Shown here piece after piece: positions 17,774 through 26,681 of a stretch of 64,000 nt of DNA (position 1 is its first letter; every line of letters starts with the position of its first letter). Made by a program: the position numbers and the translations under genes. Origin of the DNA: Tissierellaceae bacterium. Lineage in GTDB: Bacteria > Bacillota > Clostridia > Tissierellales > Tissierellaceae. The notes below the pieces were generated by a model, which worked only from the letters and a program-made list of their open reading frames with translations, was not told where the DNA came from and searched no databases. The DNA is taken from contig JBBAEY010000001.1 in NCBI GenBank assembly GCA_041655755.1, forward strand, positions 13,389-77,388, read 5' to 3'.

Positions 17774-18449
17774 CTTTGATTACATACCCCACTCCCCGGA
17801 CAGTATAGAATATCTTCAATCCATGAGGCTCCTCCAACTTTGCACGGAGATAGCTAATATATACATCTACTGCATTGGTACCACCTGAAAAATCATATCC
17901 CCAAATCCTTTCCAATATTGTCTCCCTGGTCAGGACTATATTTTTATTCTCTAGGAGGAGTTCCAGTAAATCAAATTCCTTCTTTGTCAGATGTATGAGA
18001 CTCTTACCTATATAGACTTCTCTTTTTTGGGAATCCAAGCTTAATTCACCAAGGCCCAATAAGTGACCGGATTTATTTCCACTTGTTTCTCTTTTTCGAA
18101 GTATGGCCCTAATCCTAGCCAGCAATTCTTCGATGGCAAAGGGTTTTGTAATATAATCGTCTGCCCCGCCATCCAATCCCATTACCTTGTCAACTACGGC
18201 ATCTCTGGCAGTGAGCAGTATAACTGGTATGTCAGACATTTGCCTTATCCTCCTAAGGACCTCTATGCCATTGATGCCCGGCAACATGATGTCTAGCAGG
18301 ACAATATCAAAGGAGCTGGATTTAAAGACCTCCAATCCAGCCCTTCCATCATATGCTTTTTCTACTTCATAGCCCTCGTATTTCAATTCTAGTTCTACGA
18401 AACGGGCTATCTTTTCCTCGTCTTCTACTATTAAAATTTTAGTGGTCAA
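17763..18449 (-). CDS. OmpR-family response regulator
   Basis: 'KILIVEDEE', 'DIVLLDIMLPG', and C-terminal wHTH 'YTVRGVGYVIK'. Best SD (AAAGGTGA, 5-nt spacing) favours TTG 18449. ATGs at 18455 and 18470 are alternatives. Confidence 0.85.
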   Translation of the reverse strand: MTTKILIVEDEEKIARFVELELKYEGYEVEKAYDGRAGLEVFKSSSFDIVLLDIMLPGINGIEVLRRIRQMSDIPVILLTARDAVVDKVMGLDGGADDYITKPFAIEELLARIRAILRKRETSGNKSGHLLGLGELSLDSQKREVYIGKSLIHLTKKEFDLLELLLENKNIVLTRETILERIWGYDFSGGTNAVDVYISYLRAKLEEPHGLKIFYTVRGVGYVIKDEG

Positions 18450-18999
18450 GCCCATCACCTTTAAATTCATTCTTTATATTTTCAGCTACATTGGAAGCAC
18501 CGTCCATTGCCCTATTTACGGATTCCTTTCCTAGATCAGGGCCGGTAAATTCGTATTTATAACCCATGAAGAGCCCTAAAATCATTAGTGGAATGGTAAA
18601 CCAGAATGTAAGGATTATGAGCAAGAGTAAAATTGTCACTGGAAATGACATCACCCTGTCACCAGCCCTTGTTACCTGGAATAGGTTTCTATTTCCCTTA
18701 TCAAACATCTTTTTTGCAAATGCCATAAGTTTTTTTAGCGTTTCCTGAAAAGAGCCGGTATGTTCTTCATTGGATTTAGAGCTCTTTCTATTCTCTGATT
18801 GGTCTTCTTTCCCATCCTCAGATTTGTCCCTTGTACTGTAATAGCCATCATATTTAGGTTTCTTTACCTGTCCCCTTTCCTCAAGCCTTATTATGGCCTC
18901 GAGGATATCGCCGTTTGTTTCTTCCAAGGCCTCTTTTGCTTCACTAAAGCTTATATTCGCATAGGCCCTCAATTCTTCAACCATTTGTAGACTTATCAT
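18439..18999 (-). CDS. DUF4342-like protein with EF-Ts-N/UBA-like N-terminus
   Basis: 'VEELRAYANISFSEAKEALEETNGDILEAIIRLEE' is UBA/TS-N-like. A TM segment follows. First gene of the two-component operon. Confidence 0.6.
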   Translation of the reverse strand: MISLQMVEELRAYANISFSEAKEALEETNGDILEAIIRLEERGQVKKPKYDGYYSTRDKSEDGKEDQSENRKSSKSNEEHTGSFQETLKKLMAFAKKMFDKGNRNLFQVTRAGDRVMSFPVTILLLLIILTFWFTIPLMILGLFMGYKYEFTGPDLGKESVNRAMDGASNVAENIKNEFKGDGLDH

Positions 19000-19298
19000 T
19001 TTCCCTACCCCCCAATATTTACTATGCTCTCATTATAGTATTGAAAAGTTTAAATGCAATTTAAGAAAGATTAAAATTTCATTAAATTTATCATTTTAAC
19101 TGGGTTTTTAGGATTATTACTCATATTCATTGTACTATTCTTTCCCTTGAATTTCAATAAAGACTCTTCATTAGGACCTTATCTAACTAGCTAAGACTAG
19201 GATTTATTAGTCACCAATTAGGTACTTGTACATAAAATGATATTAGGATAGACATGTTTTTTCCCAAACAAACCACTATTAAGGGAAGGAGAGTTAAA

Positions 19299-19676
19299 AT
19301 GGCAGTAAAACTATTTAAACTTGTAATCGACGCAGACACCAGTACAACGACTACAGTTAATCCCGAAATATACAGGTATTTTTATGAATTTGACGATGGA
19401 GATGTAATAGAAGATGTGCTTACCATTGAAGCAGCAGCCTTTGTTGACGACGAAGGAAGTGCTTCCACTGCGATAGAAACTGTCACTGCTGTAGATGGAT
19501 ACTATCTCCTGTTTGTAAACGGAGTGTTACAACAATCAGATTTGTACACTGTCGAAGGAGATGGTTCTGAAGTTACTGTTAACGACGTTGAGAGTATACT
19601 CCCGGGCACGCCAATTATCCTAGTGGTGACGAGATTTGATCCTGATTCAGATTCAGATACCCTAGTAGAGACTTAA
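19299..19676 (+). CDS. DUF4183-domain small protein
   Basis: 'YYLLFVNGVLQQSDLYTV' is the DUF4183 GVLQ signature. GGAGAG lies 7 nt upstream of the ATG at 19299; the track start was 19254. Confidence 0.7.
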   Translation: MAVKLFKLVIDADTSTTTTVNPEIYRYFYEFDDGDVIEDVLTIEAAAFVDDEGSASTAIETVTAVDGYYLLFVNGVLQQSDLYTVEGDGSEVTVNDVESILPGTPIILVVTRFDPDSDSDTLVET

Positions 19677-19686
19677 GACCCTATCT

Positions 19687-19713
19687 TGGGATGTGCGAGT
19701 TTTGCACATCCCA
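19687..19713 (+). terminator. Intergenic hairpin (possible partial terminator) between the two DUF4183 genes
   Basis: Perfect 10-bp stem TGGGATGTGC/GCACATCCCA with a 7-nt loop, followed by AATTTATATAT, which is AT-rich but not a clean U-tract. Confidence 0.4.
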
Positions 19714-19774
19714 AATTTATATATGGAAAGCCCCGTTTGGCTTGGAAAAGAATTTCTAGTTTGGAGTGAAAGAA

Positions 19775-22700
19775 ATGAATATAAGCAATTACACTGACCT
19801 TGTGTCCGCCTATGTCTACCAGTACAATACCCTATCTGATGGGAAAAAAAGAATATATAGGGATGAAGATGAGCTGTCAACCTATGGCAGTCAGGGTATT
19901 CTAGACCCCAATGATGTCTCTTATTATAGTTTGTTTATCAATGGAGTCCTGCAGGCAAAAACTAACTATGAAATTCAGCGGGGATTGCTTACCCTAAAAA
20001 CAGAGGATATCCCCCTGGAGGGTTCAACTATAATCCTTTCTTTCATTACCTTTGTGGATAAAAAAACCCTTAAACTAAATTCAGCTAGGGTAAGGGGGCA
20101 AATACCTGAAGGCCATATTGCCAGTGGGCCTGTTGTGGATAAAGGTATAAATATTGCACCTAGTTTTGTTCAGCATTTCAAGCTGGAAATATCCATCCTG
20201 TCTGGTCCCACTGAAATCTTCACTGGGCAAATTGGACAGTGGACCTGTAGGATAAGAATTGAAAATATAGGCCAGTCAGAGCTAAATGAGATATACCTGC
20301 ACAATAGAATTTTACTCCATGAAATAATGAATATTGAGATAAAATCAATTGAAGCCGGTATCATCGACAGCTATGGACCTTTAATCCTTTGGAAAATCGA
20401 TAGCATGATGCCTGGGGAATCCCTGACTGCCACCTTTGAAATAGAGGCCTGTATCAGAAATCAAGGAAGAAATTATTTGGCCAATGCCTTTGCCACGGCC
20501 AGAGTCCTTGGTGAAAATACCATGTCTGACCTTGTTTGCAGTAGTCCCATCAATGTAGATGGTGGACTCTATGTCAAAAATGTAATAGTGTCTGGACCCA
20601 CAAGTGTCAACCTTCTCAAATACAATAAATGGAAGATAGAGGTAAATGTATGGAATCTTAGCAGCCAGGATATATCCGATGTCTTGCTAACAAATACCCT
20701 ATTTCCCAAGAGCATAGCCAGGGCAGAAGTTGTCAGCATATCAAAAGGTCTAACCTGTTTTGAGAAGAAAAAACTCCTATGGAAAATTGATGTGCTAAAT
20801 CCCTGGGAAGTTTGCAGCCTGACAATTGAGCTTGAGGCTAGCTTCAACAAGGCAGGTGCTAGGAGTTTAAGCCTTGCCACAGCCATGGGAAAGCTTAGGG
20901 ACAGAAAGGTGTTTTCAAATAAGTCAGTCGATTTTCAAGTAGATGTCTTGCCCAGCCACAGGCCAGTGACGGATATTCTTGCTATAGAAAAAAACATAGA
21001 TGGCAAAAATCTACTTGCCTTTGCCCAAATCCCCAAGACCTGGAAGTTCTCCTTAAAGGTCACAAACCACACAGATAGATTGTTAAAAGATATAATCATT
21101 ACAGACTATATCCTTCTGGATAAGGTCACCTATATCAGGTGTTTGTGGACTTCCCTTGGCTCTACTTCCATATTCAGTGATACTATTATGTGGAGGATTG
21201 ACCAGCTTAGAGCCGGCGAAAGTGCCATGGCTACATTTACTAGTTGTGGGACCTTTCTCCGAACTGGACTAGGCTATTTAAACAGGGCAATAGGGAAGGC
21301 CCTCGTCCCAGATGCCTCCCTATGCATCATATCTGGTCTAGTATCCAGCCCCCCCATTAGGATAGGAAGGACCTCTGATATTAAAAGGTGCACCCTTGTC
21401 GTCCATAAGGTGTTTTCCCAATATAAGGACAGGGTTTGTTTCAAGAATCTAATAGTCCATATGGACAGGTGTGACCTGTCTAAGATCACCTTCGGCAACG
21501 GCTTCATTGTAAGGTCCAGCCTAGATATTGAGGATATTGAGTCAAGGCCAGACCACAAGAGGGTAAGGCTCACCATCAGGATACCCTATAAAATCACTAG
21601 CGAGGACAAGGGCACAGTAAGGGCCTATCTGCCAAACATAGATAAGGATATTGTCGTCTATATACCTGACAATTCAGACGAGCAAGAATTTGACATCCTC
21701 CTTGAAAGCAATTCAAGGCTCCTAAATATTGACTCAAGGGCCAATGGCCAATCAGCTCTGACAGTGGGGGTCTTTATTATTATAAAGGCTGTAGGAAAGG
21801 TGGAACTCTCAGTGCCCTATCTAAACTTACAGGAGAAACTAGCTAGCTGCAATAATATGCCCAGCCATGCCCATGAATCCTTGGAAAAAATGACCTATTC
21901 GAACTTCTATCCTGACAGGATAGGCACTGGACCCTATATACCCCAGCTCCCAATTGGAAAAATATCTTGTCCCCCTATATTTGGTGACTTTTGTATCCAG
22001 AAAACCATTTTATCCGGCCCCCTGACAGTAGTTCCCGGAAGGGATTACTCCTGGACCATAGAATTTAGGGTTTCCAATGTGGGCCATGGACCCATTAGCA
22101 ATGTAGTCATGGTCGATACCCTGAAAGTCGAGGGCCTAATCCATATAGACCTTGTCCATATCTCACAGGGCCAGGCATCTGTCCAGGGGGGTCAAATCAT
22201 ATGGAAGGTAGGAAACCTAGGGTCAACGGATATGGCCCTTATGATAGCAGAGGTATGTGCCCATATTGGGGCCAATGATGGCAATATATTGAGGGCAGAA
22301 AACCACCAATTCAGCACCAGTTCCCATGGAGGCAAAAAAAAGTTCACCGACGAGGACCAGATAGCAATCTATGGAAATGGTCGGATACCCAATCGCGACC
22401 ATGTTTCCTATTTTAGTTTATTCATAAACGGCGTTCTCCAACCTGAGACCAACTACCTTGTCAAAGAAAACCTGCTGGAGATTACGACAATCGATACACC
22501 CCTAGACGGGGTGCCAATCACCCTAGAGTCTGTAAGAGTCCTAGATGGGGACAATAGGCTCCTGAAAGCTAGGACCTACCAGTACAATGCCTATGCCCAT
22601 GGCGGAAAGATATATGAGGACTTAGATGAGATAAACATGTATGGAAATGAGGGTATTCTCGACCCAGCAGAAGTCAGCTTCTACCTCCTTTTTGTAAATG

Positions 22701-22813
22701 GCCTGCTTCAGCCAAGGGTCAATTATGAGATTGGAAGAGGTATTCTGGTCCTAAAAAGCTCCGATATCCCCCTTGAGGCTAGCCCCCTTTCAATACAGTT
22801 TGTCTCCCTGTAG
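19775..22813 (+). CDS. Large repeat protein: DUF4183 (N-terminal) + about 4 DUF11/TIGR01451-like Ig-type repeats + 2 C-terminal DUF4183 domains; no signal peptide
   Basis: 'YYSLFINGVLQAKTNYEI', 'YFSLFINGVLQPETNYLV' and 'FYLLFVNGLLQPRVNYEI'. Repeats end in 'LILWKIDSMMPGESLTATFEIEA', 'LLWKIDVLNPWEVCSLTIELEA', 'IMWRIDQLRAGESAMATF' and 'IIWKVGNLGSTDMALMIAEV'. GGAG lies 8 nt upstream of the ATG at 19775. Confidence 0.75.
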   Translation: MNISNYTDLVSAYVYQYNTLSDGKKRIYRDEDELSTYGSQGILDPNDVSYYSLFINGVLQAKTNYEIQRGLLTLKTEDIPLEGSTIILSFITFVDKKTLKLNSARVRGQIPEGHIASGPVVDKGINIAPSFVQHFKLEISILSGPTEIFTGQIGQWTCRIRIENIGQSELNEIYLHNRILLHEIMNIEIKSIEAGIIDSYGPLILWKIDSMMPGESLTATFEIEACIRNQGRNYLANAFATARVLGENTMSDLVCSSPINVDGGLYVKNVIVSGPTSVNLLKYNKWKIEVNVWNLSSQDISDVLLTNTLFPKSIARAEVVSISKGLTCFEKKKLLWKIDVLNPWEVCSLTIELEASFNKAGARSLSLATAMGKLRDRKVFSNKSVDFQVDVLPSHRPVTDILAIEKNIDGKNLLAFAQIPKTWKFSLKVTNHTDRLLKDIIITDYILLDKVTYIRCLWTSLGSTSIFSDTIMWRIDQLRAGESAMATFTSCGTFLRTGLGYLNRAIGKALVPDASLCIISGLVSSPPIRIGRTSDIKRCTLVVHKVFSQYKDRVCFKNLIVHMDRCDLSKITFGNGFIVRSSLDIEDIESRPDHKRVRLTIRIPYKITSEDKGTVRAYLPNIDKDIVVYIPDNSDEQEFDILLESNSRLLNIDSRANGQSALTVGVFIIIKAVGKVELSVPYLNLQEKLASCNNMPSHAHESLEKMTYSNFYPDRIGTGPYIPQLPIGKISCPPIFGDFCIQKTILSGPLTVVPGRDYSWTIEFRVSNVGHGPISNVVMVDTLKVEGLIHIDLVHISQGQASVQGGQIIWKVGNLGSTDMALMIAEVCAHIGANDGNILRAENHQFSTSSHGGKKKFTDEDQIAIYGNGRIPNRDHVSYFSLFINGVLQPETNYLVKENLLEITTIDTPLDGVPITLESVRVLDGDNRLLKARTYQYNAYAHGGKIYEDLDEINMYGNEGILDPAEVSFYLLFVNGLLQPRVNYEIGRGILVLKSSDIPLEASPLSIQFVSL

Positions 22814-22886
22814 CCCTAGATAGGCTTGGGAAACTCTTAATTTTGATTAATTCCCATTATGTAATGTTTTTTATATGCCTTTATAG

Positions 22887-22906
22887 TATAATGATAATAT
22901 TATCAT
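22887..22906 (+). promoter_or_regulatory. -10 TATAAT overlapped by the perfect 16-bp palindrome ATGATAATATTATCAT (Fur-family-box-like)
   Basis: TATAAT at 22887-22892 and the palindrome at 22891-22906. GATAAT/ATTATC hexamers resemble Fur/PerR-type operators but lack the central base of the 7-1-7 form. Confidence 0.3.
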
Positions 22907-22943
22907 AGGGTCTATCTGAAAATTAGCATGGAGGGGATTATTC

Positions 22944-24950
22944 ATGTCTAAATTAAAAAAATCCAATATATTGATATTGGTATTGGTAGTTATTATCGGC
23001 AGCATTGCAGCCTTACTTATATTTAACGCTAAGGATAGTAGTGAGGCGGAAATTTTCCTGACCGAAGAGGAAAAATCATGGCTCCACGACCACAGGGACC
23101 AGATAAAAATTGGATATACTACGGATTATCCACCAGTAGAATTTTTGAGTAATGGCAAATACGCAGGTATTTCAGCCGATTATTTTAGGCTCCTGGAGCA
23201 AAAGCTGGGCATCAGCATTCAGATGGTAGAATTTGATAACTTTGACGAACTCATAAGCAAGGTCCAAAATAGGGAGTTGACGGGAATTACAGCAGCTACC
23301 AAGACCCCTGAAAGGAGCAAGTACCTGGACTTTACAATTCCCTACATAGATAATCCCAATGTCATAATTACTCGAAAGAACTTTTCAGAAAATCTTACCT
23401 TTGAAAAATTAGCCAATACCAGCATGGATATACTGGCCATAGAGGGTTATGACATTATTGAATTTCTCAACGAAAAATTTCCCAAGCTTGAGTATAGGAC
23501 TGTAAAATCACCCAGTGAAGGCATCAGAATGGTTGCCTTTGGCGAGGCAGATGCCATGATAATTGAGATAATGAGTGCAACTGCGGAGATCGAAAGGGAT
23601 AACATATCAAACCTTATGGTCAATGTGGAGACTCCCTATGAGTCTAATCTATCCATAGCCAGCAGAAACGATTGGCCAATCTTAAATCAGATATTCAACA
23701 AGGGTCTGGCACAAATTACAGACCATGAAAGAAAACTTATTGAGCAAAAATGGCTGCCCCTGCAGCAGAAGGGCATCCTGCAAAATAAGTATTTTTGGGT
23801 GGCCTTATTGGGCTTTGTAATGGCCCTAGTTGTGGTTATTATCGTTATTTCAATATGGAATTCCAGTCTACAATTGGCAGTCAGGGAAAAGACCAGGGCC
23901 CTTGAGGAGTCCAAGAAAGAGCTGATGTTTAAGACCTACCATGACGAATTGACAGGCCTCTACAACAGGGTATATATGACCGAGCTCCTAGAGCGATACG
24001 AAGAGGAAAATCCCCTGCCCTTCTCCATTGTTGTAGCGGATTTAAATGGACTGAAAATCACAAATGATACCTTTGGTCACCATATAGGAGACCAATTATT
24101 AATTAGGGTGTCTAAGATAATTAAGGATAATATATGGCCCAATCACGTTGCCTGTAGGATTGGAGGAGACGAAATCCTAGTTTTTATGCCCTCCACTTCC
24201 AAGGAGGAATGTATTGAGATCCTTGACAATATTAGGGAATCCAGCCTTTCAGCTGAAGAAGACCCCATCAAACCCCTGGTAGCCTTGGGATACGCCACTT
24301 CTGACCGTGAGCACTATGACTATAGCTCCTTATTTAAACTGGCAGAGGATAGGATGTATGCAAACAAGATGGACAGCAGTGAGGTCAGCTATGGTATGAT
24401 AATTAGCTCCATCAAAAACAACCTCTACAAAAATAAATACGAAAGCCAGGAACACCACGAAAGATTAATTTCTGCTTCTAGGGATATGGGCTTTGCCCTA
24501 GGTTTGGACAAGGGTATGGTAGATAATTTGATGCTATTGGCAGACCTACACGATATAGGCAAGGTCGGCATTGACGATAAAATCCTCCTGAAGGAAGGCC
24601 CCCTTTCCCCTGAAGAGTGGCAGGGTGTAAAGAGATTGCCAGAGCTGGGATTTAAGATAGTCAGCGGCTCTACCAAGCTCTCCCATATTGGAAAAGGTAT
24701 TCTCGCCCTCCGTGAGCGGTGGGATGGAAGCGGCTATCCCCAAGGATTAAAGGGGGAGGAAATTCCCTATATTTCTAGGTTGTTTGCCATAATCGAGGCC
24801 TTCGATGTAATGACCCACCCTAGGCCATATAGGCCACTGCTTTCTAAAGAGGAGGCCCTAGATGAGATTAAAAATAGTTCAGGATCACAGTTCGACCCTG
24901 AACTCGTAGAATTATTTACAAGGGAAACATGGGCTAGTTCTTCCTCCTAA
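22944..24950 (+). CDS. Periplasmic-binding-domain (SBP_bac_3-like) - TM - GGDEF - HD-GYP c-di-GMP signalling protein
   Basis: N-terminal TM, then an amino-acid-binding-type domain ('[14 protein letters not shown]'), then a TM. GGDEF domain with 'RIGGDEI'. HD-GYP domain with 'HDIGKVGI' and '[10 protein letters not shown]'. Confidence 0.85.
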   Translation: MSKLKKSNILILVLVVIIGSIAALLIFNAKDSSEAEIFLTEEEKSWLHDHRDQIKIGYTTDYPPVEFLSNGKYAGISADYFRLLEQKLGISIQMVEFDNFDELISKVQNRELTGITAATKTPERSKYLDFTIPYIDNPNVIITRKNFSENLTFEKLANTSMDILAIEGYDIIEFLNEKFPKLEYRTVKSPSEGIRMVAFGEADAMIIEIMSATAEIERDNISNLMVNVETPYESNLSIASRNDWPILNQIFNKGLAQITDHERKLIEQKWLPLQQKGILQNKYFWVALLGFVMALVVVIIVISIWNSSLQLAVREKTRALEESKKELMFKTYHDELTGLYNRVYMTELLERYEEENPLPFSIVVADLNGLKITNDTFGHHIGDQLLIRVSKIIKDNIWPNHVACRIGGDEILVFMPSTSKEECIEILDNIRESSLSAEEDPIKPLVALGYATSDREHYDYSSLFKLAEDRMYANKMDSSEVSYGMIISSIKNNLYKNKYESQEHHERLISASRDMGFALGLDKGMVDNLMLLADLHDIGKVGIDDKILLKEGPLSPEEWQGVKRLPELGFKIVSGSTKLSHIGKGILALRERWDGSGYPQGLKGEEIPYISRLFAIIEAFDVMTHPRPYRPLLSKEEALDEIKNSSGSQFDPELVELFTRETWASSSS

Positions 24951-26527
24951 AAGTCTTCCTTTGTCAGCCTATCAATTATATTTGTATCCTTCTGAAAACT
25001 GAGGGGGTTCACGGCTGGACCGTTGATGACATTTCCATCTATGTCATATCTAGAGCCGTGACATGGGCAGTCCCAGGACCTTTCTGCAGGGTTCCAATTT
25101 ACCTGGCAGCCCATATGGGCACATATGGGGTTGACAAAGTGCAGCCCTCCCCCTTCATCTCTATAGGCCCCGACCTTTTTACCATCCACCTCTATGATTT
25201 TTCCCTCTCCTTTTTTTACATCTGTAGGGGTCAGCGGTTTTTCTCCTTCTGCCCGCCCTAAGCTTTCATTGGCCCTTTGGCTTTGCTTCTTAGTCTCCTC
25301 TATGGCGGATATATTCTTATTTCTAGATGGATTATATACTTCTTCCCAGGGGCTGGAGCCATTGACGATTAAATCCCTTAGAAGGACAGAAGAGACAAGG
25401 CCATTGCTTATACCCCATTTTCCAAAGGCAGTGGCTAGGTAGAGATTGGGAGTCTCCTGTGAAAAGCGGCCTATGTAGGGAATCCCGTCTATGGCTATAC
25501 AGTCTTGGGTGGACCACCTATAGGGAATATCCTCTACGGTAAACAGGCTATCTGCAAAATCTGCCAATGCCTGATAGTGGATATTGGTATCATGTCCATG
25601 GCCTGTTTCATGGCTGTCTCCCACTAGCAAAATGTATTCCCCCGACTCTGTGCTGATGCTTCTAAGGGACCTATTGGGGTACTCTGCATTGATAAATACC
25701 CCATCTGGAAACTTCTCCTTTGCCTTGATGGCTATGGCATAGGTCCTGGATTGGGAGATACGGGCAAAATATGCACCTAGCTTGTTATAAAAGGGATAGT
25801 GGGATGCGATTATAACTATCTTGGCTGTGACAGAGTAGTTCTTGTCTGTAGTCAGCAGATACCTCCCATCCTCTTTTTCATCCAATTTTACTATCCTACT
25901 TTGCTCGTAAATTTCCACACCTGCCTTGTGAACTATTGCCGCTATTGGCAGCAAAAATTTTCTAGGGTGGAATTGTGCCTGGTTGTCAAATCGCACTCCT
26001 CCCTTAATGGACATGGAAAAGGGGATTTCCTCCACATAGGTTGCCTCGATTCCAAGGGATTTTGCCGCTTCAACCTCCTCCTTGATTTGCTGTAGGTAGG
26101 TCTCATCTTGGGTATATACATATGCCGACTGGCTGCTGTAATCGCAGTCTATCTTGTTCTCATCTGCAATCCTTTTTATTTCCTTTATGGCCAGTTCATT
26201 GGCTGCTGCATACTGCTGGGCCTGGTTCTTTCCAAAATCCCTTATTAGCTTACCATAGATAAGATTGTGTTGAGATGTAATCTTTCCCGTCGTATGACCT
26301 GTGGTGCCCCGGGCAATCCTATCTCCCTCCAATATGGCGATTTTCATGCCACTGCTTTGTAATTGATAGGCAGTTGCAATCCCGACAATGCCCCCTCCTA
26401 CTATGGCTACATCTACCTCTGTATCCTGATCTAGTCTGGGATAATCTGTATCATCTGTAGAAGCTGTCCAGTAGGATTTTGGCTTTTGATTTATTAGTTT
26501 AAACTCGTCAGATTTCTTAGTATTCAT
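24947..26527 (-). CDS. FAD-dependent oxidoreductase with C-terminal Rieske [2Fe-2S] domain (YhfW-like)
   Basis: '[14 protein letters not shown]' dinucleotide fold. 'CAHMGCQV...CPCHGSRY' Rieske motif. GGAGG precedes the ATG at 26527, and the track start at 26539 overlaps that SD. Confidence 0.85.
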   Translation of the reverse strand: MNTKKSDEFKLINQKPKSYWTASTDDTDYPRLDQDTEVDVAIVGGGIVGIATAYQLQSSGMKIAILEGDRIARGTTGHTTGKITSQHNLIYGKLIRDFGKNQAQQYAAANELAIKEIKRIADENKIDCDYSSQSAYVYTQDETYLQQIKEEVEAAKSLGIEATYVEEIPFSMSIKGGVRFDNQAQFHPRKFLLPIAAIVHKAGVEIYEQSRIVKLDEKEDGRYLLTTDKNYSVTAKIVIIASHYPFYNKLGAYFARISQSRTYAIAIKAKEKFPDGVFINAEYPNRSLRSISTESGEYILLVGDSHETGHGHDTNIHYQALADFADSLFTVEDIPYRWSTQDCIAIDGIPYIGRFSQETPNLYLATAFGKWGISNGLVSSVLLRDLIVNGSSPWEEVYNPSRNKNISAIEETKKQSQRANESLGRAEGEKPLTPTDVKKGEGKIIEVDGKKVGAYRDEGGGLHFVNPICAHMGCQVNWNPAERSWDCPCHGSRYDIDGNVINGPAVNPLSFQKDTNIIDRLTKEDF

Positions 26528-26612
26528 GATTACCTCCAAATATATAATTTACCTTACTTTTTGCTATTTGTGCTTTTTTATACCTCATATTCACACACCT
26601 AGACACCATAGT

Positions 26613-26675
26613 GAGCCACCGAGAACCGTCCCCGGTGGCTCAGTGTGCCAGGGAGAACCGTCCCCGGTGGCTCAT
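26613..26675. repeat. Two tandem copies of the GC-rich element GAGAACCGTCCCCGGTGGC (third copy at 3188-3206)
   Basis: Exact 19-mers at 26621-26639 and 26653-26671. The first is embedded in a 10-bp-stem hairpin TGAGCCACCG / CGGTGGCTCA. Confidence 0.75.
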
Positions 26676-26681
26676 TTTGGC

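Noticed and set aside
26613-26675. Considered whether the repeated GC-rich 19-mers could be a miniature CRISPR array.
   Set aside because: There are only two adjacent copies plus one distant copy, the spacer is 13 nt, no cas genes are present, and the repeats are hairpin-forming REP-like units.
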